A DNA stretch of 64,000 nt from Gammaproteobacteria bacterium (GTDB lineage Bacteria; Pseudomonadota; Gammaproteobacteria; Eutrophobiales; Eutrophobiaceae). Below, piece by piece: positions 1 to 9,879 of this stretch. The stretch is taken from contig CBDCDS010000003.1 of assembly GCA_965215365.1 (NCBI GenBank), forward strand, positions 960,001 to 1,024,000, read 5' to 3'. The first letter of the stretch is position 1; every line of letters starts with the position of its first letter. The notes beneath the pieces were generated by a model, which worked only from the letters and a program-made list of their open reading frames with translations, was not told where the DNA came from and did not search any database. A program made the translations under genes and the position numbers.

Positions 1-507
1 CCCATTAGAGTCTAATGCCTGCCTATGCGCAATGGTGTCGCAACCCAACGCTAAACCACTTACTATAACTGCACCCTGCTCAACCAGTCTGGCTACGAGT
101 AATTTCTCAACATCTTCTATTTCCTGATCAGGGTTCAGTAACCCGATCACAGAGATGTTTTTGCTCCCTGCCGCCAATAGAGACAAATCGCCGCGATAAA
201 AGATAAAAATCGGTTTTTCGCTATTTTTAACATCCCCCCTATGTAAGGGGAAATCTTTATCACCCAAAGCAACAACGCCATCGATCAATCCCTTGGCATC
301 AGCCAAAATTTCCTTCAACCGAGACTTCTGCTTATTAAATTGCTCTATTGTTATTTGCTCATTACGTTTTTCAAGCGATTTATTTATCGATTCGACAATG
401 TCTGCTTCATTTTTAGGGGTAGAGAGATTCTTTATAATCCATGCCCTGCCGATACCCTTAAATGTCCTGGCTGCCATCACGTTAATGGCGTTCTCTGTGA
501 ATTTCAT
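1..507 (-). CDS. DprA/Smf-family protein (runs off window start); ShosA-like
   Basis: Manual translation from ATG at 507: MKFTENAINV...KPIFIFYRGD...VIVSGLALGCDTIAHRQAL, containing the DprA SGLAxGxD..AH motif. Confidence 0.85.
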   Translation of the reverse strand, partial: MKFTENAINVMAARTFKGIGRAWIIKNLSTPKNEADIVESINKSLEKRNEQITIEQFNKQKSRLKEILADAKGLIDGVVALGDKDFPLHRGDVKNSEKPIFIFYRGDLSLLAAGSKNISVIGLLNPDQEIEDVEKLLVARLVEQGAVIVSGLALGCDTIAHRQALDSNG

Positions 508-512
508 AGCTA

Positions 513-1125
513 TTAATCTCTCTGAACTTTTCCAACAGAATAAAAAGTTACCGTGTGGGCGCCCGCATTTAAGATAGCCTCAATCGCGTCCTCATCAATA
601 TTTACACCAGGTGTGTATATGTCATCAATGAGCAGGATGTTTTTATTCTTAACCTCGGATGAAATTGCACAGGTAGCTTCAGTGATTCCGGGATATGGTT
701 TAGGTCCATCATTATTTGGGGTTGGCTTGCGCAGGTGCGTCGTTTTGGTATTGGTGTGCCGGAGTAAATAGCTTGTTCCATCAACGAATCCAGATAGTCC
801 ATTGACGACTGATTGCACCGCGGCTCGAAATAGTTGCTGATTTGCGTGGTATCTTCTTTCGGCTTTGGCTCGAGGTACGACGCATACTACAATGGGGTCG
901 ATAGTCAGAAATTGGGATAATTCTGGTAGATCTGTCTGTAAAACGCTTCGCAATTTTTGTGCAGCCAAGCGTAGCTTGTTTTCTGAAAAATTATTATATG
1001 TATTCTTTAAGATCGTTGAGATAGTTCGGATTACCCGGATTACCCCAGCCTGTGTACCGAATATGATAATAAGCGTCTGTATGCTTGGATAAATAATAAT
1101 TGGTAGATATTTGAAAACGATTCAT
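513..1125 (-). pseudogene. Type I phosphoribosyltransferase (ComF-like) with a 1-bp frameshift near 1010
   Basis: C-terminal ORF 513..968 has ILLIDDIYTPG (PRPP loop). Upstream frame from ATG 1125 (MNRFQIS...GNPGNPNYLND) joins LKNTYNN only if one base is removed. Confidence 0.75.
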
Positions 1126-1220
1126 GACACTTCACACACGAGGGCGCCTCTATTAATTCAACCCGATGGTATAATGCGAGACACTGATTATCAACTGCCC
1201 TGTATACGGCTGTATACGGT

Positions 1221-1345
1221 ACCAGCCGCTGTGAGTTCTATCCGTTCTACGAGGGACTACTGACCGTGGCGGCCATCAGCCGGAAACTGGCAGAGTATCA
1301 GGATCACTACAATACCTACCAGACGGAAGCTGGATTGGTTGCCAT
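1221..1345 (+). mobile_element. Degenerate remnant of an IS481-like transposase 3' end
   Basis: Translates TSRCEFYPFYEGLLTVAAISRKLAEYQDHYNTY versus TSRYEFYPFYEGPLTVAAINRKLAEYQQYYNTY in the transposase at 13705..14751. Confidence 0.85.
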
Positions 1346-1377
1346 CGGAAAAGCACACAGGAAAGGAACAATTGCCC

Positions 1378-2550
1378 ATGCTAAATGTATTGCATGTTGT
1401 ACCGAGCATGTCTCCTGAGTGGGGAGGGCCGCCAGTCGTCGTGGCTGAGATCACTTCAGAGCTTGCGCAGCAAGATGTGCATAGTGAGATAGTCACGACT
1501 CATGGATATAGGGTTGGGGCAGGACAGATAACAACCCCGGGTGTACCCATCTTCAGCTTTAGAACAGAATCGCCGGCGAGGTTGTGGGCTGGTTATTCAA
1601 GAGAGTTGTTTTGTTTCCTAGATACAAAGTTAGTTGATTTTGACCTCGTTCACATTCACGAAATCTGGCATTACCCGGCATACGCGGCGTTTTGTGCTGC
1701 CAGAAAATATAAACTCCCTTATTTATTTACTATTCATGGGGAAATCAGTGATTGGGGTCTGCGGCAAAAGGCGCTGAAAAAGAAGATATACAGGCTGTGC
1801 ATATTGGACAGAATGTTGGGCAAGGCCAGCGCGCTGCATGCAATCACAAATATGGAAAAGTACCAGCTTAACAAGTTGGGTTTTGAAACACCGGTGGCAG
1901 TCATTCCAAACGGAGTTAAATCAGCTGAATATAATAACCTGCCAGACCCATCAGAGCTTGTGCGACGCTATCCCGAATTAAAAGGCAAACGCGTTGTTCT
2001 ATTTTTAGGCCGCTTACACCCGAAGAAAGGATTGGACACACTTGCGCGAAGCTTTATCGAATTGGCAGGACATTTTGACGATGTCGTATTGCTGGTGGTA
2101 GGGCCGAATGAAGCTGGAACTCGCGAAAGCATGGAAACCATATTGGGGGGGGGGGGTTCACGCGGCTTGCTCGATAGGGTAATATTTACAGGGCTACTGA
2201 CCGGTAAAGACAAACTGGCGGCGATGAGTTGTGCTGATCTTTTTGTGCTGCCTTCGCATTCTGACGTTTTAGGTTTGGCTGTTCTCGAAGCAATGGCTGC
2301 GCGCCTGCCTGTTATTATTACTGATGCTTGTGAGTTCCCAGAGGTCGCTGCTAATGGGGCTGGCCTTGTTGTCGAAATTGATGATATGCAAGTTGCGGAC
2401 GCGATTGTCAAATTGTTATCTGATGCGTCTCTCCGAAAGAGCATGGGGCAGCAGGGACGTAAACTGGTTGACGAACGTTATACTTGGAGAGCCAGCGCTA
2501 TTGCCATGTCCAGGCTTTATACAAGTCTTGTGAGCCATCATGCCTCTTAA
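1378..2550 (+). CDS. Glycosyltransferase, GT4 family
   Basis: GGPP N-terminal motif, FLGRLHPKKG, FVLPS...EAMA; contains G12 tract at 2145-2156. Confidence 0.9.
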   Translation: MLNVLHVVPSMSPEWGGPPVVVAEITSELAQQDVHSEIVTTHGYRVGAGQITTPGVPIFSFRTESPARLWAGYSRELFCFLDTKLVDFDLVHIHEIWHYPAYAAFCAARKYKLPYLFTIHGEISDWGLRQKALKKKIYRLCILDRMLGKASALHAITNMEKYQLNKLGFETPVAVIPNGVKSAEYNNLPDPSELVRRYPELKGKRVVLFLGRLHPKKGLDTLARSFIELAGHFDDVVLLVVGPNEAGTRESMETILGGGGSRGLLDRVIFTGLLTGKDKLAAMSCADLFVLPSHSDVLGLAVLEAMAARLPVIITDACEFPEVAANGAGLVVEIDDMQVADAIVKLLSDASLRKSMGQQGRKLVDERYTWRASAIAMSRLYTSLVSHHAS

Positions 2551-2574
2551 AAATAACCATTCGAGAATTGAATT

Positions 2575-3831
2575 TTGATGACCGGCTTGCCCAGCAATTC
2601 CAAGCCAGAATCCCGGGTGTTGGTTGTTCAACCTACAGTTCGTCTAAACTACGCTGTGCCGGCCGCGCTACATGCCGCAGGCATGCTGGAACGTATGGAC
2701 ACTGAATTATTTGTTCGATCCGAGAGGTTGGCAAATTCTTTTGCCCGGCTTGGAAAAACAGGTTTGACTGATTTGCGTCGTATTGCTGGTATGAGTCACC
2801 CGGGATTGCGGGATGCAAATATAAAAATTTCCCTTAGCCTTGCATGGAAGTATCACAAAATGCAACGCGATTTTAGTAGTTGGGCCAAAGGAATGAAATG
2901 GTATCTGCCCCAAGCAGCAAAAAAGACACTGGCTCGCGGCTTTGGACAGGCAACAGCATTGTACGGCTTTGTTAGCGCCATTGATCCTGCAGTTTGCCAC
3001 GAGGCCAAAAGGCAAAATTTATGCGTTATAGGCGATCAGATTATCGCTCCCTCTCCAATCCTACTCCGTGAGTTAAGGATTCAGTCGGAGCGCTTCCCAG
3101 GGTGGGAACCAAACCTGTCCCTCGAAGAGTTAAGGTTATTCGAAGAGCTCGAACACGATACTTGGATGTACTGTGACATTATCACCTGTATGTCGGAGTG
3201 GGTTCTGAATGGCTTGATCCAAGAAGGTCTTCCCCGCGATAAGCTCTGGCTTCTCCCCTACCCATCGAACCATACAAATTTGCATCGCATAAGGCGCAAC
3301 AAAGACCGCTCGACGATTACAGTCGGCTTTGTGGGTGCAGTTGAGCTGCGCAAGGGCGCGCCCTACTTTTTCCAGGTTGCCAAGCGGCTTGCTGGAAAAC
3401 AGCTCCGTTTTGTAATGGTAGGCCCGGTACGATTGGATGAGCAAATTGTGCGTCAAAATAAGGGTGCAGTGGAAATTATTGGTTCTGTGCCGAGAATTGA
3501 TGTGGGACGTTGGCTTGAACGTTTCGATATATTCTTTTTCCCCAGTACTTGTGAAGGCTCTGCCGGAGCAATTAACGAAGCTATGGCTTCTGCATTACCC
3601 GTCGTTACCACGCCTAATAGTGGCAGTACCATTCGGGACGGAATTGAGGGCTTTCTCGTATCTTACGATGATATAAATACCGCTTGTGACAGAATAGAAA
3701 AGTTAGCAAATGATGCGAGGCTACGGCACTCTATGGGTGAAGCTGGTCGCATTCGTAACAAAACATTTAATCTATCCTGGTACAGCAAAGAGCTGGCGCA
3801 GCGTGTAAGTGAGCTTTGTGCATCGGCGTGA
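2575..3831 (+). CDS. Glycosyltransferase, GT4 family
   Basis: FVG...RKG and FFPSTCEGSAGAINEAMASALPVV motifs. Confidence 0.9.
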   Translation: MMTGLPSNSKPESRVLVVQPTVRLNYAVPAALHAAGMLERMDTELFVRSERLANSFARLGKTGLTDLRRIAGMSHPGLRDANIKISLSLAWKYHKMQRDFSSWAKGMKWYLPQAAKKTLARGFGQATALYGFVSAIDPAVCHEAKRQNLCVIGDQIIAPSPILLRELRIQSERFPGWEPNLSLEELRLFEELEHDTWMYCDIITCMSEWVLNGLIQEGLPRDKLWLLPYPSNHTNLHRIRRNKDRSTITVGFVGAVELRKGAPYFFQVAKRLAGKQLRFVMVGPVRLDEQIVRQNKGAVEIIGSVPRIDVGRWLERFDIFFFPSTCEGSAGAINEAMASALPVVTTPNSGSTIRDGIEGFLVSYDDINTACDRIEKLANDARLRHSMGEAGRIRNKTFNLSWYSKELAQRVSELCASA

Positions 3832-3918
3832 AATAAGGCGATTGAGGATGAGCAGTAAACGCGGAAGCCATACCACAGCCTGAGTGTACGAAAAATCAAC
3901 TGAGTCGGGGGGGCTGCC

Positions 3919-4752
3919 CTATGTGAAGTTATTCGTTTTAGTTTTGACGGTATCACCACGAACCCAAGAGCGATCAGTTTCATAACCCAGTTCTATCAGA
4001 AATTGCCCAGCGTAATAGTCAAATACCTCCCTGGCTTCAAGCGTGAAATTATTTTTCCAGTCTCCGACAATCCCTTTGCGAACAAAGCTAGTGGCATCTT
4101 CTTCGCCCGGTTTTCTTCCGGTGAGGCTCTCAAATGAGAACTTGGAGATACATGAGCTCAGCCTGGCATCGTCGATTTCGCAGGGTGACAGGTATTGAAG
4201 GATTTTTTTCATCTCACTCTCTGGACACCTTCTCATTTCCTCATAACTGGTTTCTATGTATCCGGTTTTGTTTTTCCATGTTTCTATGAAGCTGACCCAC
4301 GTCATATCTGTTGGTGGGCCGTCAGTGAAGCAATATTCGATGTATCTCGGCAAGTAGCGTTTTATATCATGTACATCCTTGATACCAAGCCGTTTCTTTT
4401 GTATTTCCGTCCAACCTGGCATCGACTTGCGTCTGTGGAATAAGTGGTAGTAGTAGTGGGATACCACCACATCCCGACCGTCGCGCCACATGACTATAGT
4501 ATCGTGAGCGTTGGAAACATGGAGATAGTGGCCTTTAATGACACACCTTTGGAGAGGCGGTAAACGATCACGAGTATCTGGTAAGTTAAGGTAATCCGCA
4601 ATCATCTGGCATACCCAAGTCCCGCCAGACTTGGGATATTCGGTCAACACGACCTTCGGATTTCCAAACCCAAGAATATTATATACCATGGCTTTCCGTA
4701 ACTGCCCGTGCAGTTTGCGCCACCAGCGAGCGTCTATCCTTTTTATGACCAT
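3919..4752 (-). CDS. Sulfotransferase (Sulfotransfer_1, eukaryotic-SULT-like)
   Basis: YPKSGGTW (5'-PSB loop), RDGRDVVVS (3'-PB), RKGIVGDWKN C-terminal motif. Confidence 0.9.
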   Translation of the reverse strand: MVIKRIDARWWRKLHGQLRKAMVYNILGFGNPKVVLTEYPKSGGTWVCQMIADYLNLPDTRDRLPPLQRCVIKGHYLHVSNAHDTIVMWRDGRDVVVSHYYYHLFHRRKSMPGWTEIQKKRLGIKDVHDIKRYLPRYIEYCFTDGPPTDMTWVSFIETWKNKTGYIETSYEEMRRCPESEMKKILQYLSPCEIDDARLSSCISKFSFESLTGRKPGEEDATSFVRKGIVGDWKNNFTLEAREVFDYYAGQFLIELGYETDRSWVRGDTVKTKTNNFT

Positions 4753-4972
4753 CCCGTACCCCAGCCGGTCATTGGGCTAATCTGTGATATTTGCACATGG
4801 GATCAACTTTCCGGTTGAGTTTTGAATTGGCAATGGTTATCTTGGCAATCTGTCGTAGTATAATTCTGCTTCCCCGTACATCGCATTAACGAGATAGAAA
4901 GTTCATACTTTTTTCGCGCCCCGAAGTAGTACAGGAAGCCTGGTCTCACTTTGGCACCCGCTCAGCAAGACA

Positions 4973-5905
4973 TTGAACCAAGATAATCCGGTTGATTTTC
5001 TAGTTGTTGGAGCCGCGAAATCGGGCACAACGACCTTGTTCGAAGCATTGAATGAGCACCCTAGAATCTTCATTCCCAATCGTAAGGAATGTCGCTATTT
5101 TTCTTATGTGTCAAGCGATTCTGCCGCGCATGGTCTGGTGCCCTCGAATCAGATGGTTCATTCTCTTGAGGAGTATAAGGCCCTGTTTGACGGAGCCATG
5201 CCTGATCAGCTGTGCGGTGATATTTCACCAGACTACCTGTACTTTCATCAAAATGCCATCCCCAAAATCAGGAGCGAAATAGACTCATGCGTGCCGATAA
5301 TCATTGTTTTGCGCAATCCCATAGATAGGGCATATTCGCATTATCTTGAGAATATACGTATAAGCAGAGAGACATTAAGTTTTGAAGCGGCTTTGGCGGC
5401 AGAAGCCACACGTCAAGGGCCAAGTTGGAGTTGGGGTTTGAGATATACGCAAGTTGGGTTATATGCCGAGCAGGTCAAAGCTTATATTGATAATTTTGAA
5501 AGAGTTTTGCTACTTATTTTTGAAGAGGACATTATAACAGGACGGGCGATTGAAAAAGTTTTCAATTTCCTAGACCTTGATACTCCCCTCAAGAACTGGG
5601 CAGGCATACATGCGAATGTGTCGGGCTATCCCCAAAACCAATGGTTATATCGAATTATGACAGATGAAATAATTATCAGAAAAGCCAAGAATGCCATTAA
5701 AGGGACCTCGCTATACACTAGCCCTATATACACCTATTTGAGGAGGTGCTACCAAAAAATCATGAAGGCAAATATGAAGAAAGATGCCATGTCTAACCAG
5801 ACGAGGTGGCTGCTCAAAAAGAGATTCCAGAATGATGTTGCTCTCCTAGTGGAGTATACCAAGCTACCCATTTACAATTTCTGGAAAGATTTTCAGCCGA
5901 TGTGA
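4973..5905 (+). CDS. Sulfotransferase (heparan-sulfate-ST-like domain)
   Basis: VVGAAKSGTT and LRNPIDRAYS motifs. Confidence 0.9.
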   Translation: MNQDNPVDFLVVGAAKSGTTTLFEALNEHPRIFIPNRKECRYFSYVSSDSAAHGLVPSNQMVHSLEEYKALFDGAMPDQLCGDISPDYLYFHQNAIPKIRSEIDSCVPIIIVLRNPIDRAYSHYLENIRISRETLSFEAALAAEATRQGPSWSWGLRYTQVGLYAEQVKAYIDNFERVLLLIFEEDIITGRAIEKVFNFLDLDTPLKNWAGIHANVSGYPQNQWLYRIMTDEIIIRKAKNAIKGTSLYTSPIYTYLRRCYQKIMKANMKKDAMSNQTRWLLKKRFQNDVALLVEYTKLPIYNFWKDFQPM

Positions 5906-6023
5906 AAATTCGATCTGCTATAGCAGACCTCTATGCTTATCCTGCAAACAGATGTGCCGGTTGTTTTCCTTTAGTGTTCTGTGAGCAGGCACCCGTTTAG
6001 ACTATCAATCTCTGCCTGTAACA

Positions 6024-6935
6024 TTGGTTCAAACAAGTCCCGTAGATTTCCTCATTGTTGGCGCAGCAAGGTCTGGCACCACGATGTTGTTTAAGGCGTT
6101 GGCTGAGCATCCTCGAATCTTCATTCCTTCACGTAAGGAATGCCGTTACTTTTCCTGCATGTCCGACAGGCTAGCAGGGCCTAAGCCGATATCCTTGGAT
6201 GAAATTACCCGTTCCCTGGAAGAGTACAAATCCCTATTTGAGAAAGCAGGATCAGATTCGTTACGTGGTGATATATCACCGGATTACCTGTATTTTTATA
6301 AAAATGCTATCCCAAAAATTTGTAATGAGGTGGGCGTGCACATACCGATTATTATCGTTTTGCGAAATCCCATAGACCGAGCCTATTCCAATTACCTCGC
6401 TCATGTACGCGACGGATGGGAAACACTAAGTTTTGAAGCAGCACTTGATGCGGAACAGACTCGCTACGCCTCACGATGGAAATGGGGTTGGAGTTACACA
6501 GACGTTGGGTTGTACGCTGCACAGGTCAAGGCTTACCTGGATAATTTTGAACGAGTATTGCTGATGTTGTTTGAGGAGGATATTGTAACTGGCCGGGCGG
6601 CGGAGAAAATACTCGACTTTCTGTGCCTTGAAGCACTCCATCATGACCCTGATGACGTACACGTAAACGTTTCCGGTTATCCGAAAAACCGCATCCTGCA
6701 CCGGTTGATGACGGATGAACTGGTTGTGAGAAAAATCAAGAATATGGTCAAGGCCACGCCGTTATATCTTCGCTCGCAGCAGATTTATGATAAAATAATG
6801 GGAACAAATCTGGAAAAGAGGTCAATGTCCCCTGAGACGAGGCAGATGCTCAAGGAGAAGTTTCAGGACGATGTTGCGCTGCTTGAGGAATATACCGGAC
6901 TGCCAGTACGGAAATTCTGGAAAGATTTCCAGTGA
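6024..6935 (+). CDS. Sulfotransferase, tandem paralog of 4973..5905
   Basis: IVGAARSGTT and LRNPIDRAYS; many blocks identical to the upstream gene. Confidence 0.9.
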   Translation: MVQTSPVDFLIVGAARSGTTMLFKALAEHPRIFIPSRKECRYFSCMSDRLAGPKPISLDEITRSLEEYKSLFEKAGSDSLRGDISPDYLYFYKNAIPKICNEVGVHIPIIIVLRNPIDRAYSNYLAHVRDGWETLSFEAALDAEQTRYASRWKWGWSYTDVGLYAAQVKAYLDNFERVLLMLFEEDIVTGRAAEKILDFLCLEALHHDPDDVHVNVSGYPKNRILHRLMTDELVVRKIKNMVKATPLYLRSQQIYDKIMGTNLEKRSMSPETRQMLKEKFQDDVALLEEYTGLPVRKFWKDFQ

Positions 6936-7020
6936 GATTAGACTTTCTTTCTAAAGCGGAGTAGAGGGCATAATCCAGAATCATTGCGCAAAACTCCCAA
7001 GCCTCTATCACATCAAGCGA

Positions 7021-7716
7021 CTATGAAACAGCCTTGATGAACGTTTCTGTATTAATTTTACCCCAAGCGTAAAGGCGTGCTGACGCTTCATAATCGCGGT
7101 GAAGGAATCGCATCAGGTTTTTGCGAGCTTTCGATGATAGAGTGGGGGGGGGGGGGGGGGGGGAACCTCGCATCCCGCTGTTGTCATGTATTTGATATTC
7201 GTTGTGAATCCCAAACACTTTCGCTATGTCCTGATTTAGCGTTTCCTGCATTAGTACTGCCTGTATTTGGTCAGGTTGGCAACGGTTCAGAAGAGCCGTA
7301 AGATAGAAACTGATATCCATGCGAATATGACCGATCGTTCGTATGGCCTTAATTGCATCAGGCTTTGCCATCCCGTCATCATCGTACAGCGCTTCGCTCA
7401 GCACATTGATGTTGCCGTATTGCGTCAATGCTTCGAATTCTCCGGGGTCGCTATAACGTTGCTCTCCAGTAACCACCACTAGCTTGTAGCGCTAGTTGAA
7501 TGCCGAAATTGCCCGTTCAAGGGGATTTCTGGCAAGGATGATATACCTCATATTCTTCCGGAAGACTGGTTGTGAGACATGAAAAATGCGGTACCTGCCC
7601 GCAATCCCTGCTTTTTGTAATGCTGCTTTCAGCGAACCTCCACCACACTTGCCGATATGAATCAGTGACGTTTGCGTATAGCGGCCGACACTTTTATCAC
7701 GCCTTATCTTGAGCAT
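7021..7716 (-). pseudogene. Sulfotransferase family 2 protein split by an in-frame amber stop (7492-7494)
   Basis: IHIGKCGGGS and RNPLERAISAFN*RYKL; both ORF halves share a frame, probably TGG>TAG; C20 tract at 7144-7163. Confidence 0.75.
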
Positions 7717-7729
7717 CTGACAATGCCTC

Positions 7730-9598
7730 CTACTTTACCAACCATCTTTGAGTTTCGGTTGGTGGCCGACCAAAATCAGTGCTGTAGAGCGAATCAAGGA
7801 CAGTGCCTGATATATCTTCGGGAACAAGTACTCTGTGGTTCAGCTTGTGCACGTTCAAAAATTTATTTCTTACAATAAAATCAGCCTGTGCCGTTACCGG
7901 TTTAAGGAGCCCCGTAAGTTGCAGAAAGTGCGGGCCGGCCGCACTTATTTTGGGAGTTGCCAACCAGAGACGACGGAATTCGTCATTGTTCTCAAGCAGA
8001 ATTCCGAAAAGGTAGTGAAACCAGAAGTAGTCCCCTCGTCGGGGATTTTCAGAGCTTGGGAGCAACAGATTTCCGTTTTTCAGGTGTGGCAGGAAGCAAT
8101 TCTTGTAAAGACTGGAAGTTGCGTCGAGCAGCCAACTTTTTTGCCTCGTTTTATGCCATCTTACATGTTGGATGTATACCAAAGTTTTTGTGCATAACCG
8201 GTTATGCCATCTTACATGTTGGATGTATACCAAAGTTTTTGTGCATAACCGGCGTATTCTGGAATACCAGAGATCCACTGCGCGGCATTGTTTGCTCACT
8301 CTTGGAAACCAACGATTAGCTGAACATTCAGAAGCGGAAGCATGTTGCGAGTCAGTGAGGGTCTGTGCCAATAATTCACATACTGAAGAATACCAAAAAT
8401 CAACTATGCGGGATTCTTTGCTTGCGGCCAGGAACCAACTGCTGATTGGACGCCCCGGGCCTGGTTTTTCGTAGGCGAAAAAACCGCTGGGGCTACATAC
8501 GGTTTCAATCCAGTCATCCAAGGGGCGCGTGCACCAGAGTGTGGCATCTGCCCAGACACCACCGTACTTCTTGAGCAGGCATATTCTGATTACGTCCGAA
8601 AGCGCTGGGAGTGGCAGGTTCAGAGTTTCCACAGCGGGTGGAAGTTTGACTCTCTCTAATACAGAGGCCGAATCCAGAAAGAAGATATCCCAGGCCGGGT
8701 TGTGCCGTTGCCAGGTTGCAGCACAGCGTTTGACGATGTCCGGGGCATTCGCCCAACCTTGGTGCCAGTACATGAACAGTATTTTGGGTATTTGGTTATT
8801 AGCGCCAGACTCTTGTGTTGAACGATGATGAAGAGTTTTCGCAGTGATGCGAATACCGGTTCCGGTGGTTGTTAAATAGGCACGACCTTGTAAAGATTGG
8901 TACAGGTCAATGTCGTGGCGATACAATTCTACAATCCGTTTTCGATATTTCTCAGAGATGTTTTTTTCAACCTCGAAAGTACTGACAGATTTCATTCTAT
9001 GAGGGATGGCCTTGATATGAATGCCATGTTTTTTCAATATGCTCCCGGCCTCAGAGACGGAGTTGAAATTTATCAGTAAGTCCAGATCAATTTTGCCACG
9101 ATTATAGATGAACCCGGTTTGTGGCATAAGGTGGCGCTCGCCACCTTCATCGAACCTTGGGGTATCAAGAGCGTGCTCGGCACTTAACAGCCCATCATAC
9201 GGCCAGTCCAGATTTGAGTTGTTTTCCAGGAAGGGAAGAATTTTATCGAACCAGTTTTCAAAATCCTTGGCCAAAACCTTGGGAGAGGGTTGACGTGAGT
9301 GGTTGAAACGGTATTTTTTCCAACCGTATTCAGAAATGATTCGTGCAACCGGGTGTCGGATAACAGCGAATCGTAGCTTGACCTGAGTTAAGCAGTGCGG
9401 ATAGTTTTCTGCGACTTCCCGTATTGAAAGATGCTGCAGGTCGCCACCGAATAAGTCGTCGTAATTCGTCGCTGTGATCGTCTTTGACTTCCCAAGCGTC
9501 GGATAGCGGCAACCATAGCCCATGGCAACTTCCAGACTTGTCCCGGCACACTTGGGTATATGGATGAACAGCGCAGTTCGGTCGTTGGTCAATGGCAT
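7730..9598 (-). CDS. Fusion of sulfotransferase family 2 with a capsular-polysaccharide-synthesis (GT32-like DxD) domain
   Basis: N-terminal FIHIPKCAGTS and RHPVARIISEY; C-terminal IPKILFMYWHQG and SDVIRICLLKKYGGVWADAT. Confidence 0.8.
   Translation of the reverse strand: MPLTNDRTALFIHIPKCAGTSLEVAMGYGCRYPTLGKSKTITATNYDDLFGGDLQHLSIREVAENYPHCLTQVKLRFAVIRHPVARIISEYGWKKYRFNHSRQPSPKVLAKDFENWFDKILPFLENNSNLDWPYDGLLSAEHALDTPRFDEGGERHLMPQTGFIYNRGKIDLDLLINFNSVSEAGSILKKHGIHIKAIPHRMKSVSTFEVEKNISEKYRKRIVELYRHDIDLYQSLQGRAYLTTTGTGIRITAKTLHHRSTQESGANNQIPKILFMYWHQGWANAPDIVKRCAATWQRHNPAWDIFFLDSASVLERVKLPPAVETLNLPLPALSDVIRICLLKKYGGVWADATLWCTRPLDDWIETVCSPSGFFAYEKPGPGRPISSWFLAASKESRIVDFWYSSVCELLAQTLTDSQHASASECSANRWFPRVSKQCRAVDLWYSRIRRLCTKTLVYIQHVRWHNRLCTKTLVYIQHVRWHKTRQKSWLLDATSSLYKNCFLPHLKNGNLLLPSSENPRRGDYFWFHYLFGILLENNDEFRRLWLATPKISAAGPHFLQLTGLLKPVTAQADFIVRNKFLNVHKLNHRVLVPEDISGTVLDSLYSTDFGRPPTETQRWLVK
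8151..8252. repeat. Perfect 2 x 51-bp tandem duplication (17 aa) inside the CDS
   Basis: ttatgccatcttacatgttggatgtataccaaagtttttgtgcataaccgg repeated twice. Confidence 0.95.
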
Positions 9599-9684
9599 TG
9601 TCAGGGGATATTCACTTGGGATAAGAAACCACTCAAGAGGCAAAGCGTGTTCCTACAAACGATGATACAGGTTTGCTCAGATGA

Positions 9685-9879
9685 TTATTCAGAAGGGGCA
9701 ACGGTTGAAGGCCGTTTGAAGTCAATGTTTGCCAGCGCATCGATTTGGTCTCGTGCTTTTTTGCTACGTAACACTTCATCTGCTTTGACGTAGCGCGCCC
9801 CCCTGTGGGTAACGTATATCTTAGGGCTTTCTTTGTCTGTTTTGGATTGTTTTTGTGCTTTTGCTTGTATTTTAATCAT
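9685..9879 (-). CDS. Small basic hypothetical protein (64 aa)
   Basis: ATG preceded by AGGAGA RBS; no recognisable motif. Confidence 0.5.
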   Translation of the reverse strand: MIKIQAKAQKQSKTDKESPKIYVTHRGARYVKADEVLRSKKARDQIDALANIDFKRPSTVAPSE

